From IMG/VR virus record IMGVR_UViG_3300023106_000002, positions 31,560 to 95,559 of that record: a stretch of 64,000 nt of DNA; one strand, given 5' to 3'. The notes under the pieces are model-generated. The model ran no database searches. It saw only the letters and a list, made by a program, of their open reading frames with translations, and was not told the origin of the DNA. Made by a program: the position numbers and the translations under genes. Origin of the DNA: a virus. Each line of letters begins with the position of its first letter. Positions within the stretch are counted from its first letter, which is position 1. Below, in pieces: positions 40,858-49,710 of this stretch.

Positions 40858-42201
40858 TTAAACGTTATATAAAATTAATAAATCTTCTGAGCGTGTTACT
40901 CCAGTATATATCAAACTCATCTTATCTTCCATATCAGGATTCAAATTAAGATTCCCAACATTCAAAATAGTTTGTCTATATGTAGAGCCTTGTGCTTTGT
41001 GTACTGTAAGTGCATGATTATATTTAATCTTTGCAAACTTAGATAGGAACTTGCTCTTAGTATCCCATTTTAGTTTACCTTTACTACAGTTCCCTGCCAT
41101 GATTCGAGACAATGCTGTCAACTGTTTTTCAGAGTCTTCATGAATAACAAATACACCTTTCCATGTTAAATTACCATCTCCCCATTCATCAACTTGTTCT
41201 CCGTTAATAACATAGCATTTAATACTGGTTTTCTGCACATTATATGCTCCTCCTATATCTTCTAATACTACATGAAATGGTACTTGTTCAATGTTTAAGG
41301 TATCGACTTTAATTTCTTCTGAAGTGTAATATTCTCCATAATGCGCATCAAAGATTAAACTCTCTCCAAGTTCTACCTTAGCAGGTTGACCATAAATTAA
41401 GTTTCGTACTTGTGAATTAATATCATTGACATCTGCATTAGTCCATGCTAAATACTTCAATTCATCACTACCATTTATAGCAGCAAGTTCTCGAACTATT
41501 CTCGATTCATCCATTGTATATACAAATCCTTTACCTTCTATCATGCGAGACTGATACTCCCATATTGCTGATAGATTTCTACTCAATGTAATAATAGGAT
41601 TTCCCGCACCTTGTCTAATAATTTCAGTAAGTTCTACAGTTGGATATTCTTCCCACTCTATTGCTTCTTCATTGTCATTCCATGCTACAGGCACACCTCT
41701 GAATACTGATCTTACTGATTCATTGACAGGTAATGCTTGTTTATCATCTCCTACAAAGATTACTTTAACTCTAAAACGAGTTGCATACTTTTCAATTTCA
41801 CCAAGCATAACTACACCAATCATTGAACATTCATCAATAACAAGATATTTTACTCCTTGTAATGGTGGATTTCTTTCATTAAATGTTGGTTCAAATGTCT
41901 CAACTCCTGTTTTCTTATCAATACGTTTACTGTATTTCAATCCTTTATGGATTGTGATAAGGTCAATGTTACTCGCTTTAGTATGAATCTTTCCAGCTAA
42001 TACACCAACTGCTTTGTTTGTGGGTGCTGAAATATAAAATTTCTTATTACCCATTCCTTTGTTTAGTAGCTTTCTCAGTAATTCATCAAGCAACCATGTT
42101 TTACCTACTCCTGCACTACCTTTTAAGACTGCTCTATCAGAAGTTTCCAATATATTGAGCAGTTCTTCTAACTTCTCTTCTTGATGTGCTGTTAAACTCA
42201 T
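40858..42201 (-). CDS. Dda/RecD-like SF1B helicase
   Basis: GSAGVGKT, APTNKA, IDECSM, VGDDKQALPV, LTEIIRQ, TVHKAQGST, YTGVTR. Start set to MSLTAHQ. Confidence 0.92.
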   Translation of the reverse strand: MSLTAHQEEKLEELLNILETSDRAVLKGSAGVGKTWLLDELLRKLLNKGMGNKKFYISAPTNKAVGVLAGKIHTKASNIDLITIHKGLKYSKRIDKKTGVETFEPTFNERNPPLQGVKYLVIDECSMIGVVMLGEIEKYATRFRVKVIFVGDDKQALPVNESVRSVFRGVPVAWNDNEEAIEWEEYPTVELTEIIRQGAGNPIITLSRNLSAIWEYQSRMIEGKGFVYTMDESRIVRELAAINGSDELKYLAWTNADVNDINSQVRNLIYGQPAKVELGESLIFDAHYGEYYTSEEIKVDTLNIEQVPFHVVLEDIGGAYNVQKTSIKCYVINGEQVDEWGDGNLTWKGVFVIHEDSEKQLTALSRIMAGNCSKGKLKWDTKSKFLSKFAKIKYNHALTVHKAQGSTYRQTILNVGNLNLNPDMEDKMSLIYTGVTRSEDLLILYNV

Positions 42202-42225
42202 ATCTAATTTTGTTCTGTTACTACT

Positions 42226-42270
42226 TAAAAAAGAAACACAAAGTGAAGTAAAAATCTTCACTTTGTGTTT
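42226..42270 (-). terminator. Intrinsic terminator
   Basis: 15-bp stem AAACACAAAGTGAAG/CTTCACTTTGTGTTT with U-tract on the minus strand. Confidence 0.8.
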
Positions 42271-42295
42271 AATTTAATTATCGGTCTTTAATGAA

Positions 42296-42934
42296 TTAGA
42301 TCACTACCTGACCAGTTGCTTCCAACTCAGCTTTCAAGTTAGCAGACATGTACACATCTTCTGCATCAGCAGTACGCGCATCAATGTCTCCTTTGGCAAC
42401 TTTTGAAAAATAAGTTTGACGGTATTGGATTTTTCCGTTGTTGTCCAAAATCAGTTTGCCTCGCAAATCAGCAACATCATGTTTCTCTGAATATCTCACA
42501 GCTTGTCTGTCACCAATGCCATCAAGTGTAGTGATACCATTTGCAACAGCATACTTCTGATCGCTGGTCAATACTGGTTTGTTTGACAACACTTTGTAAA
42601 TGGTTGCATTTGGAAACTTGGTCAACTGTTCTTTCACCGCATCAACTGCTGTACCCAATGGCACATCAATCCATGCAACTCTTGTTTCAGTTGCTAAAAA
42701 TTCCTGTTCTGCGAAACCGAAGTCTTCTGTTGCGAAGATGTTATCCTGCATATCGTTGCTTACAGACTTTGACGGGTAGAAACTTTTCGTTTCTATAGTC
42801 TGTTTAATTTCAGCCGATTCAGTACCTTCTTTCTGCCAATCACTTTTGTAAACTCTTGTGATTTCCAAAGCGCCTTTTGTTGACTCCTGACGAACTCTAT
42901 CATTCGTTTGTGTCGTTGTGTTTAATGTTTCCAT
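42296..42934 (-). CDS. Hypothetical protein
   Basis: 212 aa, flanked by a long leader and its own terminator. Confidence 0.75.
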   Translation of the reverse strand: METLNTTTQTNDRVRQESTKGALEITRVYKSDWQKEGTESAEIKQTIETKSFYPSKSVSNDMQDNIFATEDFGFAEQEFLATETRVAWIDVPLGTAVDAVKEQLTKFPNATIYKVLSNKPVLTSDQKYAVANGITTLDGIGDRQAVRYSEKHDVADLRGKLILDNNGKIQYRQTYFSKVAKGDIDARTADAEDVYMSANLKAELEATGQVVI

Positions 42935-43482
42935 TTCGTGTGTAAATTAGATTGTAAAATAAATGATTTAAAAAATGAGATTAAGGAACTTACCAACACT
43001 TAACCTCGCAATTTCCCGGATTTAGACATCATGATTACAACATATTAAAACTTAATTTAAATGCCATTCTCACTCTATCAATGAACGTGTAAGTTTTGAT
43101 TTTATTGTTTGAGAACATTAAGTTCTCTAAGACCTCGTGAATATACCCACTAACATATAGGTTGCTCTTCAAACCTCGCTGTTAAAGATTGCTATCTCTT
43201 ACCTCTCTAGCCAATTTCATAGTGAGAAGGATTCGGTAAAGTAATTCACGCACAGTATAAACTCGACAATCTAGTTCGCATACTATATATTGAGTCTTTG
43301 ATTATGAGTGAAAATATTTATAAAAGTTTTATATCATTTCAAAACAGTGAATCTACTAGCTACTTTATAGCAGTCTTGAATACAATAGCGCAGAGTTTAA
43401 TTTAAAGTGTATTTTATAAGGAATAGTGTGCAAGTTAAATCATGGACTGATAAACTCTTGCACACTTAATTCCAGTTTCGAG

Positions 43483-43950
43483 TTAGTTACTCGTAATTTG
43501 TATTGTTAATAAAAGTTCATCATTGACTTCTCGATTGTTTGTAACCCCTAAGATTTTTTGAATAGTGACTCCTAAGTTATCTTTTTCTTTCAGTACTTGA
43601 AATCTGGCAAAATCTTTTTTCCAATCATTTCCTATCTGCCTACCTGAATTATGTATTATTTTCCAAATAACTCCTTTTAAAGAAGCATCAAGATCAGTAA
43701 AGTAAACCGGTATATCTTTTGATTGAGCAAGTTCTATTTCAGTAAGTTGTCCTTTACCTACATATCCTGCAATATCATGAGGTACAACTAATACCATATC
43801 AGCATCTTTTACAAGATTACTATCATAAGGAAACTGATCGTTGTAAAAATATGCATGTATTCCGTTTTGAATGAGTTCTGACTTCAACTTTTGGATGAAG
43901 GCTATATCAGTAAGTAAAGACCTACTGATATAAATCTTCTTCTTTTGCAT
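43483..43950 (-). CDS. Nucleoside 2-deoxyribosyltransferase/TIR-like protein
   Basis: KIYIS, VKDADMVLVV, GKGQLTEIELAQSKDIPVY (conserved Glu); ends NDELLLTIQITSN. Confidence 0.6.
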   Translation of the reverse strand: MQKKKIYISRSLLTDIAFIQKLKSELIQNGIHAYFYNDQFPYDSNLVKDADMVLVVPHDIAGYVGKGQLTEIELAQSKDIPVYFTDLDASLKGVIWKIIHNSGRQIGNDWKKDFARFQVLKEKDNLGVTIQKILGVTNNREVNDELLLTIQITSN

Positions 43951-44267
43951 TAGACAGTAGCTTTAGCTTCTTCGGTAAAATAAGTCAGCTTGGTGCGCTC
44001 TGCGATTTCAAGCTTCTTTTTAGCGAGTTCGATTTCGATGTCAATAGATTGATAATCATCAACCCATGTTTTGACAGCACCATCTTTTTTTAATGCTTCG
44101 AGATCGAGTTCTTCAAGCTTTTCTTTCTTGATTTCCAACTCGTCAACTTTACCTGACAGGTTGTTAATCAGAATGTCTTGTTCACGAGCAAGTGCTTTAC
44201 CTACACGTTCAACTGCTTTTTTGTCTTTTGACTCTTTATCGAGTCCCAATAGTGTTAAAATTTTCAT
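43950..44267 (-). CDS. Coiled-coil hypothetical protein
   Basis: 105 aa with heptad pattern. Confidence 0.65.
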   Translation of the reverse strand: MKILTLLGLDKESKDKKAVERVGKALAREQDILINNLSGKVDELEIKKEKLEELDLEALKKDGAVKTWVDDYQSIDIEIELAKKKLEIAERTKLTYFTEEAKATV

Positions 44268-44271
44268 AGTG

Positions 44272-44862
44272 TTATATATTGATAATTAGTAAAAGTTCTT
44301 GTTCTTTGAGATAATCTAATCTCTTCTGTATTTCTTCAACAGGAAATGTATTACCTCTTTTCCCTAATCCTGCTGGAATACTGTATCTGAAAGCATGTCT
44401 TTCAAAGTCTCCTGTTAATACATCAACTTTATGTTGCCATGTACCAAGTCTTTTTTCATAATCTTGATGAACTTTGATACCATTTTCTCTAATTTCATCG
44501 ACAGGTATAATGCCGTATTGTGAATTCTTTATCATTCTTAATGCTGCTTTTTCCATCTTTATTTGATCTGATGATATTAATCCTCTTTCTGCAGCGAGAT
44601 TATAAGTTTTAATCATTTTACCTATTACAGTACTTGATATTCTATCATGAATAGTAATAAATTGATATGCTTCTATTTGAAGATTTTCTTCCAATTTATC
44701 AGTAGTTATAGTATATACTGTATCTAACTCAGTGATTGCTTTATATTGTCTATTGGACTGTTCAGTTAACATGGTAACATTGCCTAAAGTATTATAAAGC
44801 CATTTAAACTTATTTAGTTCGTATTTTACACAATGTTCATCCATTAATTTTGATAGTTTCAT
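44272..44862 (-). CDS. Hypothetical protein (C-terminal ELLL tag)
   Basis: 196 aa; ends KEQELLLIINI. Confidence 0.65.
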   Translation of the reverse strand: MKLSKLMDEHCVKYELNKFKWLYNTLGNVTMLTEQSNRQYKAITELDTVYTITTDKLEENLQIEAYQFITIHDRISSTVIGKMIKTYNLAAERGLISSDQIKMEKAALRMIKNSQYGIIPVDEIRENGIKVHQDYEKRLGTWQHKVDVLTGDFERHAFRYSIPAGLGKRGNTFPVEEIQKRLDYLKEQELLLIINI

Positions 44863-44964
44863 AGTTTTTGATCGATTTAAAAATAGATGGATGAATACTT
44901 TATCACAAGGTTTCTATCATCCATCCTATCCTTTGTTAATAACCTCAACTTCATCAACAACATA

Positions 44965-45213
44965 TTATAGGGTGTGTTGTCCTTTAAGTCGTTCTAAGTC
45001 TTTTTTGAGTAATGCAAGTTGTGTTTCGGTTTCTTTAACTTCCTGCTCACGTTTTTCAATCAGTAAACGATGTAATTCAAATACAATGTTCGTTTGTTCT
45101 TCTACAGCATATCCTGTTGTGATAGCTTGCAATGTGTTCGATGCTTGAAGCAATCCTACTTCACTTTGTGATGGATTTACCATACTCCAAAGTATTTTCT
45201 GTATTCTGTTCAT
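44965..45213 (-). CDS. Hypothetical protein
   Basis: 82 aa, coiled-coil C-terminus. Confidence 0.55.
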   Translation of the reverse strand: MNRIQKILWSMVNPSQSEVGLLQASNTLQAITTGYAVEEQTNIVFELHRLLIEKREQEVKETETQLALLKKDLERLKGQHTL

Positions 45214-45413
45214 AATAATAAAGGTTTTAAAACGCTGGTTAATCAGTACTCGCAGAGTGATGCTAAATGTTCAGAAAAACATCACTCTTTCGAATACCTT
45301 TGCACTCCTTTCAGAAGTTTTCTTTATGTGTTGTGAGTTCGTTGAGTAATCAATTGATTTGCTATTAACAAATAACCAATAAAAATTAAAGAAACATCTG
45401 TTATCATGCTCCA

Positions 45414-45432
45414 AATTAGTGAGGGTTTTGAG
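45414..45432 (-). promoter_or_regulatory. Repeated early-promoter-like motif, copy 1
   Basis: Minus strand CTCAAAACCCTCACTAATT; identical copies at 51158 and 54730. Confidence 0.7.
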
Positions 45433-45462
45433 CCGAGGCAATCACATAAAAAACAAAAGTAA

Positions 45463-45696
45463 TCAATTACGATTGTTTTTTATAGCTTTTGATGTTTCAT
45501 ACTGTTTATTTAACATTTGCTTGTATTCTTTCGTATCTCTATTAATAAGGGATATAAAGACAAAGCCAAGTATTGCAGCAGAAAGAAATGCTAACAATCT
45601 AAACATCCAATCTTTCCTAACATCCTTACTAAATTCTCCAAATATAGCAACAAGTATCATCCATACCATCACTACTCCGCATACTACTGTATCCAT
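45463..45696 (-). CDS. Small two-TM membrane protein
   Basis: Two hydrophobic helices, basic tail. Confidence 0.6.
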   Translation of the reverse strand: MDTVVCGVVMVWMILVAIFGEFSKDVRKDWMFRLLAFLSAAILGFVFISLINRDTKEYKQMLNKQYETSKAIKNNRN

Positions 45697-45714
45697 ATTA
45701 TATGGTTTTAAGGT

Positions 45715-46008
45715 TTATTGACAAATTCTAGTTGTAACCATTCTAATATTATTAGAATAATCATCAAGATCAAGTTGTGAGTCTACTGAGGTACTTTTAC
45801 CATCAGTTGCGCAATCTGCTTTAATAGCAATATCACGAGTATAGTCTAATGGTGTAACTACACCATCACGTATTTCAAAATACACAGTATGATCTATGCA
45901 ATCACATTGAGTGGATGCCCTCTTCAAGGAAGAAGCATCATTTTCGTTGCTGGTACAAGATACTCCTAGTACCAGCAAAAGAAAATATATGGCGATATTG
46001 ATTTTCAT
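45715..46008 (-). CDS. Small lipoprotein
   Basis: Signal peptide with lipobox LGVS-C; four further Cys. Confidence 0.7.
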   Translation of the reverse strand: MKINIAIYFLLLVLGVSCTSNENDASSLKRASTQCDCIDHTVYFEIRDGVVTPLDYTRDIAIKADCATDGKSTSVDSQLDLDDYSNNIRMVTTRICQ

Positions 46009-46011
46009 AAT

Positions 46012-46377
46012 TTATTTGATTAGTTTTAACGCTTCTTGTAATGCAAGTTCTAATGCTTCTTCATAAGTGTTGCTAAAGAGAGTATTTTTCTCATAGTTAG
46101 TATCAATATGATATACACAATAACCCCATTCTTTACAGTCAGGTATAAGCGGTGCAACATATACAATAATGTTATGAACTTCTCTCAACCATCTTTGAAG
46201 TAATGATTGAGTTGGTCTTGAAATAGAGTCTGATTGCCATTCTGTATTTTTAGTAAAAGGAGAAAAATTCTCTTTGAACTCTTCGCCTGATGATCTAAAA
46301 TGATTTTGACTGGGTTCATTAAATCCTTTCTCTTTAGCTAACTTTGCAGTTTCTAAAGTAATAAGTTCATCTTTCAT
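46012..46377 (-). CDS. Conserved Bacteroidota-phage hypothetical protein
   Basis: ETAKLAKEKGF, PTQSLLQRWLRE, TYEEALE. Confidence 0.7.
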   Translation of the reverse strand: MKDELITLETAKLAKEKGFNEPSQNHFRSSGEEFKENFSPFTKNTEWQSDSISRPTQSLLQRWLREVHNIIVYVAPLIPDCKEWGYCVYHIDTNYEKNTLFSNTYEEALELALQEALKLIK

Positions 46378-46634
46378 CTTCTTTTAAAGTTTTGTCGTTG
46401 TTTACCAATGTATTTACTACCAGTTGCATTAGTCATTGCTTTATATTCTTTAGGTTTATAAGCAAGTAATTGATGAGTATAAGCATCAGATACATTTTTG
46501 ATTAAAGTCTTAGCATTTTCAACACTATCTGTTTGAATCTTAATATCAATGTTCTGTTGTTGTAGAGCATGAAGAGTAATTGCTAGAGCACCACCCATAC
46601 CTTTATGACCAAGTATTATAATGTTTCGTTTCAT
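46374..46634 (-). CDS. Hypothetical protein
   Basis: 86 aa. Confidence 0.55.
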   Translation of the reverse strand: MKRNIIILGHKGMGGALAITLHALQQQNIDIKIQTDSVENAKTLIKNVSDAYTHQLLAYKPKEYKAMTNATGSKYIGKQRQNFKRR

Positions 46635-46678
46635 CTTGAATTTATTTACAAATTTAACACTTTTTACCTTAAAAACAC

Positions 46679-46708
46679 TTGATTATTAAAAATAAAATCG
46701 TATATTTG
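46679..46708 (+). promoter_or_regulatory. Bacteroidota sigma-70 promoter, opposite to surrounding genes
   Basis: TTG (46679-81) - 19 nt - TATATTTG (46701-08), matching the TTG-N19-TAnnTTTG consensus. Confidence 0.75.
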
Positions 46709-46712
46709 ACCA

Positions 46713-46924
46713 TTGCAAAGCAATAAATATCAGCGAAAACTCCATTCTCACGAGATGAGAATCACTCTTTTGCTTCTTTTATCATTTTTCATTAAATTTC
46801 TTCTGAAAATTAACATATACACTTTGGTCGGTGTTTTTACTTTTGAATTTCATTCATTGCATTTTTAAGTTTAAGGGGTTAAACTAGAAAACTGCTTCCT
46901 GTGCAAGGGAAGCAGTTTTTGTTT
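46713..46924 (+). ncRNA. Candidate small regulatory RNA (~210 nt)
   Basis: Host-type promoter upstream, strong terminator downstream, no substantial ORF, internal hairpin ATTCTCA-CGAGA-TGAGAAT. Confidence 0.5.
46888..46924. terminator. Intrinsic terminator (possibly bidirectional)
   Basis: AAAACTGCTTCC/GGAAGCAGTTTT followed by TGTTT. Confidence 0.85.
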
Positions 46925-47126
46925 ATGATAGCATCATCTTCGTGAAGGCTTCTTCAAGTGATGCATATAGGTCTGTATCTTTACCAATAGGTAAATCAGT
47001 TGGTGAAAACCATTTCACTTGTACTGTAATATCATGTCTCTTAACTTCAACACGATGATAGTCTTTACCATCGTGTTTGACTAAGTGATTAGATATTTTC
47101 TTGCTGGTTGAGTTTAATAACTCCAT
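46923..47126 (-). CDS. Hypothetical protein
   Basis: 67 aa. Confidence 0.55.
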   Translation of the reverse strand: MELLNSTSKKISNHLVKHDGKDYHRVEVKRHDITVQVKWFSPTDLPIGKDTDLYASLEEAFTKMMLS

Positions 47127-47427
47127 TTTCTACGTCTTTAAAGTAAAACTTAATTTCACATTTCTTGATCTTACCATTGTCATAGTAAGTACACTTGTAA
47201 GGTTGTTGTACAACTTCTTGATGTTCTCTGTCAGCGAATTCAATATTATTGATTTGAGTAAATAAAGATGCTAATGCCATTTCAGCATGACTTTGAATGT
47301 CATTACCTAATGTAATCAGCATTTCTTCACTAATATCAACTTCCATTGTAGCTTTAAATGATGTACTGAGAACAGTACCATCTTCATTGTATCGAATTGT
47401 AGCGATACCAATTTCTTTCTTTTCCAT
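47089..47427 (-). CDS. Hypothetical protein
   Basis: 112 aa. Confidence 0.6.
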   Translation of the reverse strand: MEKKEIGIATIRYNEDGTVLSTSFKATMEVDISEEMLITLGNDIQSHAEMALASLFTQINNIEFADREHQEVVQQPYKCTYYDNGKIKKCEIKFYFKDVENGVIKLNQQENI

Positions 47428-47436
47428 GATTTTATG

Positions 47437-48180
47437 TTATAATACTCGATACACCATAATCTGTCTGTATCTGTAAACGGGTTTAAATTTGTCGTTGAGT
47501 TCCATGTAATGTCCTATACTTCCTGCTTGATTGTAGAAAATATACTGTCCTTTATGTACAGCTTTACTTAATTGTTCTACAAATAGCTTAGCAAGTTCTT
47601 GTCTTGCCATAGGTTCATACATAAATAATGCATCATAACCCTTCAGGTCATCTTGTTGAATTTTCAACAGATCTTTCAATTTAAGATTAAATGTGCCAGC
47701 ATATTCTGCAATAGATGTGAGAAAGCCTAGTTTAGCATCTTTAACGAAAACTTCTTCATTATCAATACCATCTAATGCAACTGAATATTTATTAAGAAAA
47801 TCAAATCGTTTATCACTTGAAACTACTTGAATAACTTTTCTAACAGCTAACAAGAAAAATCCTGCTCCTGCTCCCATATCTAACATCTTCTTGATTTTAA
47901 AATGTTCAATAAGTTCCACTATGATGTAACTCATTTCAAAGTGTGTTGGGATATAACCCCATTCACTTCCATCTTCTCCCTTTGGTCTACCAACTACATT
48001 ATTGTAATCAGAAGCGTATTTGTTACGAGTAAAGAAGTCATATACACCTTTCATAGCATGTATTTTCTCTGCTATATTAAACATGCTCTTCTTTTGAGTA
48101 TCGTTCAATTCAACAACAGGTTTTAGTGCTTTAAGTTTATCTCTAAAAGTTTTTCTTGGTTTTTTAGTTAATGTTTCCAT
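47437..48180 (-). CDS. Class I SAM-dependent methyltransferase
   Basis: YIPT, MLDMGAGAG (motif I), LDGID, DLL, YDALFMYEP. Confidence 0.85.
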   Translation of the reverse strand: METLTKKPRKTFRDKLKALKPVVELNDTQKKSMFNIAEKIHAMKGVYDFFTRNKYASDYNNVVGRPKGEDGSEWGYIPTHFEMSYIIVELIEHFKIKKMLDMGAGAGFFLLAVRKVIQVVSSDKRFDFLNKYSVALDGIDNEEVFVKDAKLGFLTSIAEYAGTFNLKLKDLLKIQQDDLKGYDALFMYEPMARQELAKLFVEQLSKAVHKGQYIFYNQAGSIGHYMELNDKFKPVYRYRQIMVYRVL

Positions 48181-48182
48181 GA

Positions 48183-49085
48183 TTATGCTGCTTTAAAGTA
48201 ATAAGGTCTTCCATCTTTCATGATAAGTTCATGTCCTGCTGCAATAGCATCTTTTCTGTGCATCGTTGAAAATACACCTTTGTCTACAACTAATGCTGCG
48301 TGCCATGCTGAATGATGAGCATTTGGTGAGTTAATCAGTTTGAATGAATACTTTACACCATTATTAATTGATGGATGCATTGACAATCTGATGTGATCGC
48401 CAAGATTAGCACGAACTAAGCCTGAATATGCTTCATTTCTGAGCATCATTTCACGAGTTAGAATTTTTGCTCTCTTTGCTTGCTGGTTCTTTGAAGGGAA
48501 ATCAAGATATGCAATCTCCTCTTCCATAAAACGCAGCATACCACGATATAATGTATTAACATCAGCATCTAATAAGATTCTACGACTAAGTTCTTCTTCA
48601 GTAATACCAAATTGACTAGTCAATTTACCTTGTAATGTATTAATTGTTGAAGTTCTATCATAGAAATCTCTTAGATTTAAAATTCTTACTGGTGCTGATC
48701 CAATCATATCAGTTGAAATCTCCTGATAGGCATCCACAGTATTTTCACTAACACCAAGCACATCACTAAAGGCAAAGCCATCTGATGCAATGGTAACAAT
48801 GATTCCCGGTTCATATACAGATTTAACTGCAAGATTGAATGCATCGAAATTAGCTAAAGTTGCTTCTTCTGCCATATCAGGTAGAGTTCCAAGTACTTTA
48901 TCACGAGTATTGGTAGATTTCATAGGAAATCCCATGATTGAAAATAAGATAGGTTTGTTCTGAGAAACAAACACGTTAAGTTTGTCTCTCAGTACTGATT
49001 TACCTATCAAATCATATTGGTCTGTTGCTAAAGGGTTCATTCTGAAACCTTCAAAAATCTGAAGTATTAATCCAAGTGTGTCCAT
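48183..49085 (-). CDS. Isocyanide (isonitrile) synthase, Dit1/PvcA/IsnA family
   Basis: GFPMKSTN..KVLGTLPDMAEE, VYEPG...IASDGFAFSD.LGV, RNEAYS, IRLSMHP, SAWH, in the order expected for the DIT1_PvcA family. Confidence 0.9.
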   Translation of the reverse strand: MDTLGLILQIFEGFRMNPLATDQYDLIGKSVLRDKLNVFVSQNKPILFSIMGFPMKSTNTRDKVLGTLPDMAEEATLANFDAFNLAVKSVYEPGIIVTIASDGFAFSDVLGVSENTVDAYQEISTDMIGSAPVRILNLRDFYDRTSTINTLQGKLTSQFGITEEELSRRILLDADVNTLYRGMLRFMEEEIAYLDFPSKNQQAKRAKILTREMMLRNEAYSGLVRANLGDHIRLSMHPSINNGVKYSFKLINSPNAHHSAWHAALVVDKGVFSTMHRKDAIAAGHELIMKDGRPYYFKAA

Positions 49086-49105
49086 GATTTGAATGTGTTT
49101 TTGTT

Positions 49106-49633
49106 TTATTGTGGTTGTCTACATGCTGGGTAAGGACAGTCAACTGATGGTTCATCTTTTACAGCATTTCGACTGTCATATTTTTTAATAGCATCTTCCA
49201 ATCCTTGTAAAGGATTATCTTTAGTAGTATCTTCTTGTTTAACATCAGAATTGATGTTTTCAGGTGCAGTTGCATTCTTAACAGGATGATCAAAAGTAAA
49301 TTGAGCCATTTTCACAGCAACTGCTGATTGAGTTGATTGTTCTCTTCTTTCTTTACGCATGTTTGCAAGAACAGCAAGAAGTTCTATTGCATCATGTGTA
49401 AGAGCAATTGTAGTTCTTGTGATGTTTTTTGGTTCAAAGATTGTTTCGGTAGTTCTACCAATAATCTTTTTCATTCTTCTGCGCATGATGATAATGTAAC
49501 CATCACCTTTTTCTTTGTCCATAAGAGTAATTTCAACTTTGCCTGTTCTACCTTGAATAGCATTATCAAAGTGTCTAACCATAAGAGTTTTACCAATGTT
49601 CGATAACTTTGCATCGTTTTGTTCTGTGTTCAT
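49106..49633 (-). CDS. Hypothetical protein
   Basis: 175 aa, C-terminal CPYPAC. Confidence 0.65.
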   Translation of the reverse strand: MNTEQNDAKLSNIGKTLMVRHFDNAIQGRTGKVEITLMDKEKGDGYIIIMRRRMKKIIGRTTETIFEPKNITRTTIALTHDAIELLAVLANMRKERREQSTQSAVAVKMAQFTFDHPVKNATAPENINSDVKQEDTTKDNPLQGLEDAIKKYDSRNAVKDEPSVDCPYPACRQPQ

Positions 49634-49658
49634 GTGTTTAACTTATTAATGATTAATT

Positions 49659-49690
49659 TAAAAAAAGAGTGCAAGGTTAATTGCACTCTT
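49659..49690 (-). terminator. Intrinsic terminator
   Basis: AAGAGTGCAA/TTGCACTCTT with long U-tract on the minus strand. Confidence 0.75.
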
Positions 49691-49710
49691 ATCTGGCCTT
49701 GTGGTATTTA

